A DNA stretch of 64,000 nucleotides from Bdellovibrionales bacterium. GTDB lineage: Bacteria > Bdellovibrionota > Bdellovibrionia > Bdellovibrionales > UBA1609. This document shows positions 45,221 to 54,509 of this stretch, piece after piece. The stretch's first letter is position 1, and each line of letters starts with the position of its first letter. The DNA lies in the NCBI GenBank assembly GCA_965200025.1, contig OZ241325.1:986229-1050228 (forward strand). The letters are read 5' to 3'. Under the pieces are notes generated by a model, which made no database searches, was not told the origin of the DNA, and worked only from the letters and a program-made list of their open reading frames with translations. Both the position numbers and the translations under genes were made by a program.

Positions 45221-45598
45221 TTAGTCTTTCTTTGCTTTTTTTGTGCCGTAAAGGGACCGGCCTCTTTTGCGGTCCTTAACACCCTGGGTGTCCAAATGCC
45301 CCCGAACAGTATGATACTTCACCCCCGGCATATCCTGCACCCGTCCACCACGCACCAGTACCACAGAATGCTCCTGCAAATTATGCCCCTCCCCGGGAAT
45401 ATAAGAGTTGATTTCAAAACCGTTGGAAAGCCGGACCCGGGCCACTTTACGAATGGCCGAGTTGGGTTTTTTTGGAGATCGGGTAAAAACACGCACACAA
45501 ACCCCCCTGCGCTGGGGACAGGCAGTCAGGGCCGGAGACTTGGTCCTAACCCTTTGAGGCTTTCTGTTTTTACGAATCAGCTGATTTAAAGTGGGCAT
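45221..45598 (-). CDS. rpsL: 30S ribosomal protein S12
   Basis: [10 protein letters not shown]..., [18 protein letters not shown] and GVKYHTVRG are canonical S12 blocks. Confidence 0.95.
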   Translation of the reverse strand: MPTLNQLIRKNRKPQRVRTKSPALTACPQRRGVCVRVFTRSPKKPNSAIRKVARVRLSNGFEINSYIPGEGHNLQEHSVVLVRGGRVQDMPGVKYHTVRGHLDTQGVKDRKRGRSLYGTKKAKKD

Positions 45599-45672
45599 AT
45601 CCTACCTTTTCTTAAAAGAACCCTGTTTTAAGCTTTCAAAATTACTTTAGTCAAGTGGATTTTATATTTGTC

Positions 45673-46491
45673 TTAAAAATTGATACCCAAAAGAGCATTG
45701 ATATTCATCCAGTCCCCATAAGGTTGAAAGGTGCTTTGCATCCCCCCCCCATCCGGCTGAAGGGGAAGGCTTTCCTTTTCCAGCTCCACATAATGAAAAG
45801 AGTACTGAAGACCAAAATGAATACCCCGCACAAGCAAAAACTCTATCCCCACCCCAGCGTGTACCCCAAAACCCTTGTCACTGTAGCTGCCCGGTTGATT
45901 GGTAAAACGGGCCTGCATGGCGGAAGTGGAACGATAAGCCCCCAAGGCAAAAAAAGGCTGAAACCAGCTAAATCTTTCACTGAAAAGCCTCCGGTTGACA
46001 AAATACTTAAAATCCACCCCCATGGAAATCAAATCAGCACCTCCCCGAAACCCCCCCCCTGTGTCTGTATCAACAATCACATTATGGTTACTCATCACCA
46101 CCTCAAACTGAAGGGCAAACTCTATATTAAAAAAGTAATTTAAATACCCCCCATACATGGGTCCCTGGCGGTAAAGCTGAGCCATTTTTTGTGTAAAAAT
46201 TCTCCACCCGCCTTTAAACCCCAGTGTCAAAAGCCTGCCATGTTGAAAAAAATGCATATCCTCCCGCTCAGAGTCTGTGTTTTCAAACTCGGCATAATCT
46301 GCAAAAGGATCATACATACTGGGATTTGAAGAGGAAGAGGAGGCAGAGCTTTGTGCTGCTGCCACCCACAGTGTTTTTTCCACAGCACTTCCTGCCAGGG
46401 CCGGGGGAAACCACCCCCCTCCAAAGCCCCAAAACAGAGCAAAGTAAAAACCCTTTTTGAAATAAAGACACTTTTTGATCATGGACTGCAT
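45673..46491 (-). CDS. Outer-membrane beta-barrel protein (putative)
   Basis: A start near MQSMIKK (46491) is preferred to avoid overlap with pheS. Signal peptide ..PPALAGS, alternating strands, and a C-terminal LLGINF. Confidence 0.55.
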   Translation of the reverse strand: MQSMIKKCLYFKKGFYFALFWGFGGGWFPPALAGSAVEKTLWVAAAQSSASSSSSNPSMYDPFADYAEFENTDSEREDMHFFQHGRLLTLGFKGGWRIFTQKMAQLYRQGPMYGGYLNYFFNIEFALQFEVVMSNHNVIVDTDTGGGFRGGADLISMGVDFKYFVNRRLFSERFSWFQPFFALGAYRSTSAMQARFTNQPGSYSDKGFGVHAGVGIEFLLVRGIHFGLQYSFHYVELEKESLPLQPDGGGMQSTFQPYGDWMNINALLGINF

Positions 46492-46528
46492 CCCCTTTAA
46501 ATACCATAGTTTTTTAAAAAAGAGGTTT

Positions 46529-47563
46529 TTAAAACTGCTCCAAAAAAGAAATTTGGTTTTCAAAAAACAACCTTATGTTGGGAATTTCATAGTAAATAAT
46601 TGCCAGTCTTTCCATACCCAGACCAAAAGCCAGACCTTCCCACGCAGAGGGGTCAATATGCGAGAGCTTCAACACCCTGGGATGTATCAGGCCACAGCCT
46701 CCAATTTCCACCCAACCACTTTGCTTGCACATGGCACAACCTTTGGCTGCACATATAGGGCAGGAGCAGTCATACTCTGCTGAGGGTTCTGTAAAGGGGA
46801 AATAACTGGGACGAAAGCGTACTTTACTCTTTGTTCCAAACATCTCTCTTAAAAAATGAGAGAGCAGGCCCTTCAAGTGAGCCATGGTCACAGATTTATC
46901 TATCCACATCCCCTCCATCTGATGAAAAGTGGGGGAATGGGAAATGTCATTGTCTCTTCTGAACACTTTACCAGGGGCCAGGCAGGCCAGGGGGAGAGTG
47001 TGCCTGAGCATGCTTCGAACCTGAATGGGGCTGGTATGGGTGCGAAGAACATGGGTGGAGTCGATGTAAAAGGTGTCCTGTTCGTCACGGGCCGGGTGAT
47101 CAGGAGGGATGTTTAAAGCCTGAAAATTATTCCAATCGCTTTCAATCAAAGGGCCGGTGTGGACGGCAAAACCCAGTTTTTTAAAAATATCCACGGTTTT
47201 TTCCATCATCTGCTCCACTGGGTGAAGGCTGGCCATCTTTACAGAGGGGCCAGGCAAACTGAAATCCCAGCTGGTGGATTGAAGGGCCTGGTTGATTTCC
47301 TGTGTTTTCAGTGTTTCCCCTCTGGTTTTATACAAAGTCTCCAGAGTGTTTTTCACTTCATTTAAGGATTTGCCAAAAGAGGGCCTGGCTTCAGGCTCCA
47401 GATTTTTGATTTCCTTCGTCAGGGCCTGTAAAGGGCTTTTTAAACCCATATATTTGGTTTTCCTCTCATACAGCTGAGAAAAAGAACAAGCCGACTGAAA
47501 GGCTTTTTGTGCCTCATCAAACAACTGCTGAAGACGGGCTTTTAAATCCTTAAGAGAGAGCAT
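46529..47563 (-). CDS. pheS: Phenylalanine--tRNA ligase alpha subunit
   Basis: The ATG at 47563 gives MLSLKDLKARLQQ.. (344 aa). Class II motifs are HPARDEQDTFY and FRPSYFPFTEPSAE..GCGLIHP. The upstream 129 codons of the track ORF are rejected. Confidence 0.9.
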   Translation of the reverse strand: MLSLKDLKARLQQLFDEAQKAFQSACSFSQLYERKTKYMGLKSPLQALTKEIKNLEPEARPSFGKSLNEVKNTLETLYKTRGETLKTQEINQALQSTSWDFSLPGPSVKMASLHPVEQMMEKTVDIFKKLGFAVHTGPLIESDWNNFQALNIPPDHPARDEQDTFYIDSTHVLRTHTSPIQVRSMLRHTLPLACLAPGKVFRRDNDISHSPTFHQMEGMWIDKSVTMAHLKGLLSHFLREMFGTKSKVRFRPSYFPFTEPSAEYDCSCPICAAKGCAMCKQSGWVEIGGCGLIHPRVLKLSHIDPSAWEGLAFGLGMERLAIIYYEIPNIRLFFENQISFLEQF

Positions 47564-48078
47564 TATGGGTCCTTTTTTAAAGAAGCGGCTTTGTTTATCA
47601 TGAGGTCCCGGCCAAAATAACCCCATTGTTTGTAGCAATTTTGAGAATACAAAACTTCTTTTTGCATCCGGGCGGTGGCCGGTTGAAAAAGGTGAAAAAA
47701 GAACAAGCTCCCATGGCCCCTTGGTACAGACTTCATAACACACCGGGACCATTTTTGAAACAGAGAGGAAAAATAATTTTTTTGCTGTTTTTGACAATAA
47801 AGCGGCACCTGGCTCAACAATACACCAAAAGCACATGGCCAGGCCACCTGCCTTAACAGGCGATTCAGTACACAAGCCTGGTACTGTCTCCAGTACCTTG
47901 CGATATGTGCCACCATAAGCTCCCCCAACCGGGGATCCAGCCGGACCCACTGACTGTACCGCACCAAAGATCTGTCTTTCAGCTTTTGTTCTGTACTTTG
48001 CAAAATATGGTAAGCTTTCTTCAGGCTCCGTGGAGAAGGGGGATGTTTTAATCCTTTCATAATTTTTGAAAACCTCAT
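47563..48078 (-). CDS. Hypothetical protein, translationally coupled to pheS
   Basis: 171 aa. Its stop TAA overlaps the pheS ATG (TAATG). Its start overlaps the upstream gene by 4 nt. Confidence 0.45.
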   Translation of the reverse strand: MRFSKIMKGLKHPPSPRSLKKAYHILQSTEQKLKDRSLVRYSQWVRLDPRLGELMVAHIARYWRQYQACVLNRLLRQVAWPCAFGVLLSQVPLYCQKQQKNYFSSLFQKWSRCVMKSVPRGHGSLFFFHLFQPATARMQKEVLYSQNCYKQWGYFGRDLMINKAASLKKDP

Positions 48079-48614
48079 TTTAAGTGCTTTATGTTACACT
48101 CTTCCATAATATCCTCCAAAAATTCAATGGCCTGATCATCTGGAAGTATTCTCTTCTTCCTTAAAAACTCCAAATGCTTCATAACCATGGAAGAATCGGC
48201 GTGGTTTTGAACCAAAGTGCGGGCATGACTGACATCCTTAGCACGATGAGCACAGCATTTCAATATCAACATATCTTCCGGTCCCAATGCAAAAGCCTGA
48301 AGTTTTTTTCCTTTAAAAATCTGTTTTAACCGGTGCAAAAACTCTTTGGGCAGGGTATGGGTAAAACTGCTGTACCAGGTGTTTAACCAGTCCCGGGGAA
48401 GATGCAGTTGTTTGGACACCTGTTGTATTAAATCCTGAATTTCCGGATAAGAGATTTTCTTTGGTATGGCATCTATGTCCCAGGTTCCCAGTGGGGAACC
48501 ATAACAATAAAGCATTGCAGCACCACCCCCTATAATTAATTCAAAAGATTTTAAAGAAAGCTCATCCATTTTCTGAAGAGCGGCTTTGATGCTTTTTTTG
48601 TTTAGCTTTTCCAC
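48075..48614 (-). CDS. Nucleotidyltransferase-fold-like protein (DUF6036/AbiEii-like pattern, tentative)
   Basis: IIGGGAAMLYCYGSPLGTWDIDAIP and ..PEDMLILKCCAHRAKDVSHARTL resemble the GG..(x)n..DID and K..A.R.KD blocks of minimal nucleotidyltransferases. Confidence 0.4.
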   Translation of the reverse strand: MEKLNKKSIKAALQKMDELSLKSFELIIGGGAAMLYCYGSPLGTWDIDAIPKKISYPEIQDLIQQVSKQLHLPRDWLNTWYSSFTHTLPKEFLHRLKQIFKGKKLQAFALGPEDMLILKCCAHRAKDVSHARTLVQNHADSSMVMKHLEFLRKKRILPDDQAIEFLEDIMEECNIKHLK

Positions 48615-48694
48615 ATCAAAGAGGGTATCCTGTTTTCTGCTACAGCTTCAATCTTTTTTTGGCCTTAACCGCATCTTAAGAAAGGCTTGGGGGG

Positions 48695-49408
48695 ATGAAA
48701 AGAAAATATGTTTTTTTTGTAAAAAAAGAGGCATCGATGGCAGTTACGCTGTGGATCGGGGTAGTGATTTGCGGGCTGGCAGGGCTTATCCTTTGGGATT
48801 TAAAAAAAGATCTCCCCTTTATCCTGATGGTGTATGCTCTGATTGGCTGCCCTTTTTTGGTATATGCCTTTAGTGGCAAGAGGGTGGTTATTTTTCCCTA
48901 TAAAAAAACTCTCATAAGGTCTTTTTGCCTTATGGGTTATTCTTTTTCCAAACAGTCTTTAAAAATAGATATGGAAGAGGTTTTTATTGTTCCACAGTTG
49001 ATTATTTCCCACAATGAGTACTCGCAGGATGTTTATACACTTCACTACCCTCTTTACATAGGAAGGTTTAAAACCCGGATTTTAAAAGGACTTGAAGAAA
49101 TGGACCCTCAGGCCGCAGAGAGCTTAAGGGAGGAGGCTCTGTCTTTCCGGCACACAGAGGCTTTTCTTCGAAAACTGGCCCGCAAAGTTTTTTTACCGGC
49201 CCGTATTTACTGGGATCACCTGATTCTTAAACATCCTGAACAATTTAAACCCCACTTGAAAAACCTGACACCCCCGGGCAAGGTGGAAAAACTCAGCCAC
49301 CAGCTCCACACCCCCTTCACCTATCCACCTTATTTAAAAGAATACATGAAACAAAAAAACTCCCTGCTGGAAAACATGATAAACCGCATCACCTCCCAAA
49401 ACCCCTGA
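48695..49408 (+). CDS. Hypothetical membrane protein
   Basis: 237 aa with two N-terminal hydrophobic segments and no recognised motif. Confidence 0.45.
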   Translation: MKRKYVFFVKKEASMAVTLWIGVVICGLAGLILWDLKKDLPFILMVYALIGCPFLVYAFSGKRVVIFPYKKTLIRSFCLMGYSFSKQSLKIDMEEVFIVPQLIISHNEYSQDVYTLHYPLYIGRFKTRILKGLEEMDPQAAESLREEALSFRHTEAFLRKLARKVFLPARIYWDHLILKHPEQFKPHLKNLTPPGKVEKLSHQLHTPFTYPPYLKEYMKQKNSLLENMINRITSQNP

Positions 49409-49629
49409 AAAAAGCTTAAAGAATGTAATTTTTACACAGCTAATTATTATGCTTTGCATTAAGCACAAAGCCCTGATAATTTTATTGTAATGCGTTAGTT
49501 CCGTGACATTTTAAAAGACTTATTTTATTTTCTGTTTCTTTACATTCAACTTTTGACCTGTCACATAAAGCTTTTCAGAGTAAATAAGGCTTGTAAGAAA
49601 CAGAAGGCAAAAGAAAGGGAGTTCTTTTG

Positions 49630-50928
49630 ATGAGGAAAACACATTTTGGTTTAACTGCTTCTGTTATTTTTGTTTTCTGCACATGGTTTGTGGAGGCGGA
49701 CCATGCCCACAAAGCGGTATGGAAGGTACAAAACCCCCTGTCTTATATGGGAACTGGTTTTTTTATAGGAAAAAACCTTTTTGTAACCAATTTTCATGTG
49801 GCTTTCTCCTCTAAAAATCCCGGGGATTCTCTTGTTATCACACAGGAAAATCAACAAAAAATCCTTTTAAACCACAGTCAAATTAAAGCTTTTTCGATCC
49901 TCAAAGACCTGGTGCTTTTTGAAACAGAACAAACTGTAAGTCATTTTTTAAAAATGCATCCCTCTTCTTTGGCGGAGGACGAAGATCTTTTTCTCATCTC
50001 TTATCCTTTGGGGAATTTTCAGGAGATCACCAAAACCAGCCACATTCAATTTCACGGGGATATACACACTTTTGCAGTGGATCATTCTTTATTGGCAGGG
50101 GCCAGTGGTTCCCCTGTTTTAAATCTCAATGAGGAGGTTGTGGGCATCGCTTTTGCAGCAGACGGTAATATGTTGAGCATGATACCCGTTACTCATCTGC
50201 ACCATCTGCTTTCCGGGGAAACGGGGCTTCAATGCAGTACAAAATCTCTTGAAGAATGCTTAAAGCAGGAGACAAACCACTTAAAACAGGCCGCCCGGGA
50301 AGGCAACACTTCTGCCCAGTATGTACTGGCCCTGCTCTATGAAAGCGGCTTTGAAGCAAGGAACACCACTCACTACACTTCATCATCCCCCACTTACACC
50401 TGGATGGAAAAAGCCGCAAAAGGGGGCTACCGTCTGGCTCAAAATGACTTGGGACTGATGTACTATAACGGAAAAAATCGAAGGGGAAGAAATATCAAAA
50501 AAGCTTTTGACCTGCTTTATCAGGCGGCCCACCAGGGCCTGGCCTCTTCCCAACTCAATTTGGGCATTGCTTTTCACCAAAACAGAACATCCCCTTACTT
50601 TGACCCGGAAAGAGCTTTTTTTCTGGTGGAGCAGGCGGCCCACCAGGGGTATTCCCGGGCTCAGTTTCACTTAAGTTTAATGCACTACAGGGGTATTGGC
50701 ACTCCTCACAATATGAAACAAACCTTTTACTATATGGAAAAATCCGCTCAGGCCGGTTTTGCCCCGGCTCAAAACAACCTGGGTCTTATGTACAAAGATG
50801 GAAACGGCACAAAAAAGAATTTGCAAAAAGCTCTTATGTGGATCCGGAAAGCCGCCCACCAGGGATGGATACCAGCCCAACACAATCTTTACCGCATCAA
50901 AAAAACACCTGTGGTACTGTCCCCTTAG
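49630..50928 (+). CDS. Secreted trypsin-like serine protease domain fused to six Sel1 repeats
   Basis: The N-terminal half has GTGFFIGKNLFVTNFHV (His) and AGASGSPVLN (Ser). The C-terminal half has repeated AA.(Q/E)G...AQ..LG.MY..G units. Confidence 0.75.
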   Translation: MRKTHFGLTASVIFVFCTWFVEADHAHKAVWKVQNPLSYMGTGFFIGKNLFVTNFHVAFSSKNPGDSLVITQENQQKILLNHSQIKAFSILKDLVLFETEQTVSHFLKMHPSSLAEDEDLFLISYPLGNFQEITKTSHIQFHGDIHTFAVDHSLLAGASGSPVLNLNEEVVGIAFAADGNMLSMIPVTHLHHLLSGETGLQCSTKSLEECLKQETNHLKQAAREGNTSAQYVLALLYESGFEARNTTHYTSSSPTYTWMEKAAKGGYRLAQNDLGLMYYNGKNRRGRNIKKAFDLLYQAAHQGLASSQLNLGIAFHQNRTSPYFDPERAFFLVEQAAHQGYSRAQFHLSLMHYRGIGTPHNMKQTFYYMEKSAQAGFAPAQNNLGLMYKDGNGTKKNLQKALMWIRKAAHQGWIPAQHNLYRIKKTPVVLSP

Positions 50929-51761
50929 TGAAACAGGTGATGCACCTCTTTCAAAGAGTAAAACAGTAAAAAACAAAAACCTGCACCCAGGGTACAGGTT
51001 TTGATTTGCCGGGTTTTAAAAACAACGGGAATAAGATGTACCAAAGCCACATAGATAAAAAGTCCGGTGGCCACAGGTAAAAGCCAGATCTCAAAATGAG
51101 AAAAGTCAGACACAAGAACATAAATAAAAGAGCCTCCCAAAAGAGCCAGACCATAAAGAAGCACAATACCCACCAGCACAGAACCCAGCCCGGAAGAAAG
51201 AGCCATACCTATCACAGTCACACTCTCAGGCAGGAGGTGGCAAAGCAGGGCAAAAGCTGCTGTTAAACCCGCTTCCGTACCCATAAAAAGAGAGGCACTT
51301 AAACGGATACCGTCAAAAAAAGCACACAAAATAAAACATGCCACCACAGAACAACCCACAGAAGAGGGAAGCAGGTGGTAATGGTGAATATGATGACTGT
51401 CGTGTTCCCGGCACTGATGCGTTTGAGAGGGTAAAAACCGGTTTAACACTTTTATTCTTGGAAGGATAAAAACTTCCGCCACCCCGTTCAGCAAAAAACC
51501 ACCCAACAGCAAACTTAAACCCAGCTGCCAACTCAAATCAGGAAGCTCAAAAATATGTGGCAACAGATCATACATCACAAGAACCACCAGCACACCACAG
51601 CCAAAAGCCACCCATTTTTCCAAAGAGATTTTAATCTTTTTTTGTATAAGAACCCATGTCAAACACAGGATCAAAAACAAATACATCAATGGAACAAGCA
51701 AAATAAGATATTTTTCCCACATATTACATATCCTTTTAAGAAAACTTGGCAGGCTTGTCAA
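50925..51761 (-). CDS. ZIP-family-like divalent metal transporter (tentative)
   Basis: About 8 hydrophobic segments, a His-rich loop CREHDSHHIHHYH, and HLLPESVTVIG resembling the ZIP H.(x)PEG block. Confidence 0.5.
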   Translation of the reverse strand: MTSLPSFLKRICNMWEKYLILLVPLMYLFLILCLTWVLIQKKIKISLEKWVAFGCGVLVVLVMYDLLPHIFELPDLSWQLGLSLLLGGFLLNGVAEVFILPRIKVLNRFLPSQTHQCREHDSHHIHHYHLLPSSVGCSVVACFILCAFFDGIRLSASLFMGTEAGLTAAFALLCHLLPESVTVIGMALSSGLGSVLVGIVLLYGLALLGGSFIYVLVSDFSHFEIWLLPVATGLFIYVALVHLIPVVFKTRQIKTCTLGAGFCFLLFYSLKEVHHLFH

Positions 51762-51797
51762 AAGCTGCTACCTTAAAATCTTTCCAGGCGGGGTGGG

Positions 51798-52592
51798 ATG
51801 TCTCTAATGATAAAGATATTTTTAAAAAGGGGCTTAATCCTCTTAACAGGTATTTTGCTTTTTATGGGGTTTTTTGTGGCCTGTGGCACTTTTTCCCCTC
51901 TGTCTCAAAAACCTCAAAACCAGGTTTCCTGTGCCGCAGGCCATGCATGCGATGAAGTTGTGCCTCCTGCTGCTGAGAAGACCCCTAAAAACTTACCTCC
52001 CTCCTCCCGAAATATCAGCTCTGTGGAAAAGTCCACTCCGGACCCCTCCCCACTCAAAATCAGCACCCCCCCCCGCCGGAAAGCACCTTTATCCCCCTCT
52101 GTCAAAACAGGCAGCTCTTTTAAAAATCCGTTCCCTGTCAGCCCCACTTTACAGGGGAAAAACCCAGCCCCTAATGGCACAAAGCCTCAGGCCCCCCGGC
52201 TTCCTTCTCTTCCCGTTTATAGTGCTTATCCAAAAACTTCTGTAATTTGCGAAGGCAGCCCTGTTCGCACTCTTTATTTTTCCACCTCAAAGGATTTAAC
52301 AAATTTTCGCTGCCACTTTCAAAAACAAAAACTGAAAGTCCAGTCCCTGCAAGGTTTAATACAGGTACATGCCCCCTTCCGCCTGGGCGGCAGGCCACCG
52401 GGTTTTAAAGGGGAAATTGTTTGCCTTGCATCTTCTTCTTCAAAGAGCATAAAAACCAACCCCCACACAAAAACACAGCTTACAGAACAAACACGAAGTT
52501 TAAGCTCTTCAGACCCCCAGACACAGCCTTTATTTGAGTACACTTACAAATGGGAAGTGGCGGGAAGGGGAAAAGCTTGTTTTTACCAATAA
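51798..52592 (+). CDS. Pro-rich lipoprotein, function unknown
   Basis: Signal peptide ending in FVAC (lipobox), then a Pro/Ser/Lys-rich linker and a small C-terminal domain. Confidence 0.5.
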   Translation: MSLMIKIFLKRGLILLTGILLFMGFFVACGTFSPLSQKPQNQVSCAAGHACDEVVPPAAEKTPKNLPPSSRNISSVEKSTPDPSPLKISTPPRRKAPLSPSVKTGSSFKNPFPVSPTLQGKNPAPNGTKPQAPRLPSLPVYSAYPKTSVICEGSPVRTLYFSTSKDLTNFRCHFQKQKLKVQSLQGLIQVHAPFRLGGRPPGFKGEIVCLASSSSKSIKTNPHTKTQLTEQTRSLSSSDPQTQPLFEYTYKWEVAGRGKACFYQ

Positions 52593-52617
52593 CAAAAACC
52601 TTAGGAGGAAAAAGAAA

Positions 52618-53061
52618 ATGAGTGCAAGACAAAAAAACCTGGAGCAAACCTTAAAAAACCTCAGGGTAAATGCTTTTACCACTCCATGCCCCAAGGTGGT
52701 ATCTCCTGAGGCCACCTTAAAAGAGCTGGAAGAGCTTATGAAAGCCCACAGCATTCGTCATATCCCTGTGGTGGATGACAATCAAAAAATAGTGGGGATT
52801 TTGAGCGAAAGGGATATTTACTTTGTTTATCGCCTGGGGCTTACCAAAGACTGTAAGGCCCGGGACATTATGCACAAAAACCCTTACCAGGTGCATTGTG
52901 AAACCAAAATTTCTGAAGTGGCTTTTTATATGTCCGAGAACAAATACGGCAGTGCTTTGGTCACAGGCCCCGGGGAAAAAGATCTGGGGGTTTTTACCAC
53001 AACAGATGCCTTAAATGCTTTGATCGAAATACTCAGAGGTGATATTTTAACAGAAGACTAA
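52618..53061 (+). CDS. CBS-domain pair protein
   Basis: The ATG at 52618 is preceded by AGGAGG. HSIRHIPVVDDNQKIVGILSERDI is followed by a second CBS-like unit. Confidence 0.75.
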   Translation: MSARQKNLEQTLKNLRVNAFTTPCPKVVSPEATLKELEELMKAHSIRHIPVVDDNQKIVGILSERDIYFVYRLGLTKDCKARDIMHKNPYQVHCETKISEVAFYMSENKYGSALVTGPGEKDLGVFTTTDALNALIEILRGDILTED

Positions 53062-53099
53062 AACACTGTAGTTAACCTTTGACAAAGCATTATGCTGAA

Positions 53100-53175
53100 G
53101 GGGTTGTAGCTCAGCTGGGAGAGCGTAGCACTGGCAGTGCTGAGGTCAGGGGTTCGATCCCCCTCAACTCCACCA
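53100..53175 (+). tRNA. tRNA-Ala (anticodon GGC), CCA encoded
   Basis: Acceptor GGGGTTG/CAACTCC with a G3:U70 pair, anticodon loop CTGGCAG, T-loop GGTTCGATCC. Confidence 0.9.
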
Positions 53176-53233
53176 CACTTTAAACCTTAAGAAAGATACC
53201 TTTAATCAATATTAATAACATGTGTGTCCGTGT

Positions 53234-54442
53234 CTATTTTTGCTTCAGTAAAAATTCAGGATTTAAATGTTCTTCAGGAAGAGGTTTTTCCAATGGCAGG
53301 TAAATGCAGCTGGGTATATCCATTTGATTTAAATACCGGCACATTAAAGGCCCCACATCCCTCCAGTCCAAACCTCCCAGGCCACAACCCAAAGCTGGCA
53401 GGGCCAGGGAGGGAATACCAAGGGCTTTGTAATTTCTCAACAACCACTGCATGCCTTCTTCAATCCCCTTGAGAGGGGATTTGTATTTCCAGTGGACTTT
53501 GGTGGGGAACAGTAAAAACCAACGCTCGCCGTTTTCCGTTGTAAGTGCTTCATTATCTTCTGCAAGTATTTCATTATCTTCCATAAGGGTTTTAATAAAA
53601 TTTACCTCCCTCTTGTGTAAAAAAGGAACACCCATTTTAAGTTTTTTTTGACGACAAAGATCCTGATAAAGAACATACACATCAGGAAACTGATACTTGG
53701 CCCGGGAGGCAAGTCCCTTACCCATAATTCCCACTGTGTTTACACTGATTGTAAAAACCTTCATTTCTGAAAAAAACATATCCCCTTGTTTTAAACTGAT
53801 GTTTTGTGAAATATTTTTTTCTTTATCAGGTAAAAAGAACATATTGGGATTAGGTATACACTTCACTGTTTTTACTGAAGGGTTTATGGTGTATAGAGTG
53901 TTTTTCATTTCTTCAGCAGCTTGTTGATGAGCCACATAAACACTCATAATTTTTTCTTTCGGAATGTGATGATAAACCAGGATTTCCGCCATAATTTTTC
54001 TTTTGCCATCATCGGTGTCATTCCAATAGGTTTTTTTAAACTGCTCCCCTTTCAGAGTGTTTAAACCCTCGCCAATATCTTCAAAAAGTTTTGTATTGTG
54101 AGAGGCTGCATTGCCATCTGCCAATCCCACATCAGGTCCATCAATAATATCTGATTGGATTTGAAGAACAGCAATGTTGCTGGCTTCAAATTTTTTAATG
54201 ACTGAAAATAACATGGGGTTTCTGGCTTCAAAATACACATTGGCATAATCCCATAAAGAGCGATTTTTGAATTTTCTCTCTTCTCTACGCTTCACCACCT
54301 CTTCACTGTGAATGGATTTTGGCTTCCTGTTAAATGGCCACCAGGACCCATGCATTTGAGACCTGCACCATATCCCCTGCTTTAAGAGGGATTTGAGATT
54401 GTCTTTATGAGTTATATAATAAAAACACTTGGGTTTATTCAT
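53234..54442 (-). CDS. DarT-like (DUF4433) ADP-ribosyltransferase fused to a macrodomain
   Basis: The N-terminal half has FYYITHKDNLKSLLKQG, NPMLF, DGNAAS and MAEILVYHHIP. The C-terminal half has NTVGIMGKGLA, FPTKVHW and LPALGCGLGGLDW. It is a single uninterrupted ORF. Confidence 0.7.
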   Translation of the reverse strand: MNKPKCFYYITHKDNLKSLLKQGIWCRSQMHGSWWPFNRKPKSIHSEEVVKRREERKFKNRSLWDYANVYFEARNPMLFSVIKKFEASNIAVLQIQSDIIDGPDVGLADGNAASHNTKLFEDIGEGLNTLKGEQFKKTYWNDTDDGKRKIMAEILVYHHIPKEKIMSVYVAHQQAAEEMKNTLYTINPSVKTVKCIPNPNMFFLPDKEKNISQNISLKQGDMFFSEMKVFTISVNTVGIMGKGLASRAKYQFPDVYVLYQDLCRQKKLKMGVPFLHKREVNFIKTLMEDNEILAEDNEALTTENGERWFLLFPTKVHWKYKSPLKGIEEGMQWLLRNYKALGIPSLALPALGCGLGGLDWRDVGPLMCRYLNQMDIPSCIYLPLEKPLPEEHLNPEFLLKQK

Positions 54443-54509
54443 CAATCATGCCTTTTTTGAACAAAATATATTGATTAAGAGGGCTAAAGCAAGCTATATT
54501 CAGGGAGTT

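Noticed and set aside
42591-45598. Absence of tuf after rpsL-rpsG-fusA as a possible rearrangement
   Set aside because: Many bacteria carry tuf elsewhere or at a second locus. With a single window this is not informative.
47564-47950. 129-codon N-terminal extension of the pheS ORF in the track
   Set aside because: The extension overlaps the 171-aa ORF in another frame and has no similarity to PheS. The canonical PheS N-terminal helix starts at the ATG at 47563, which forms a TAATG junction with the upstream stop.
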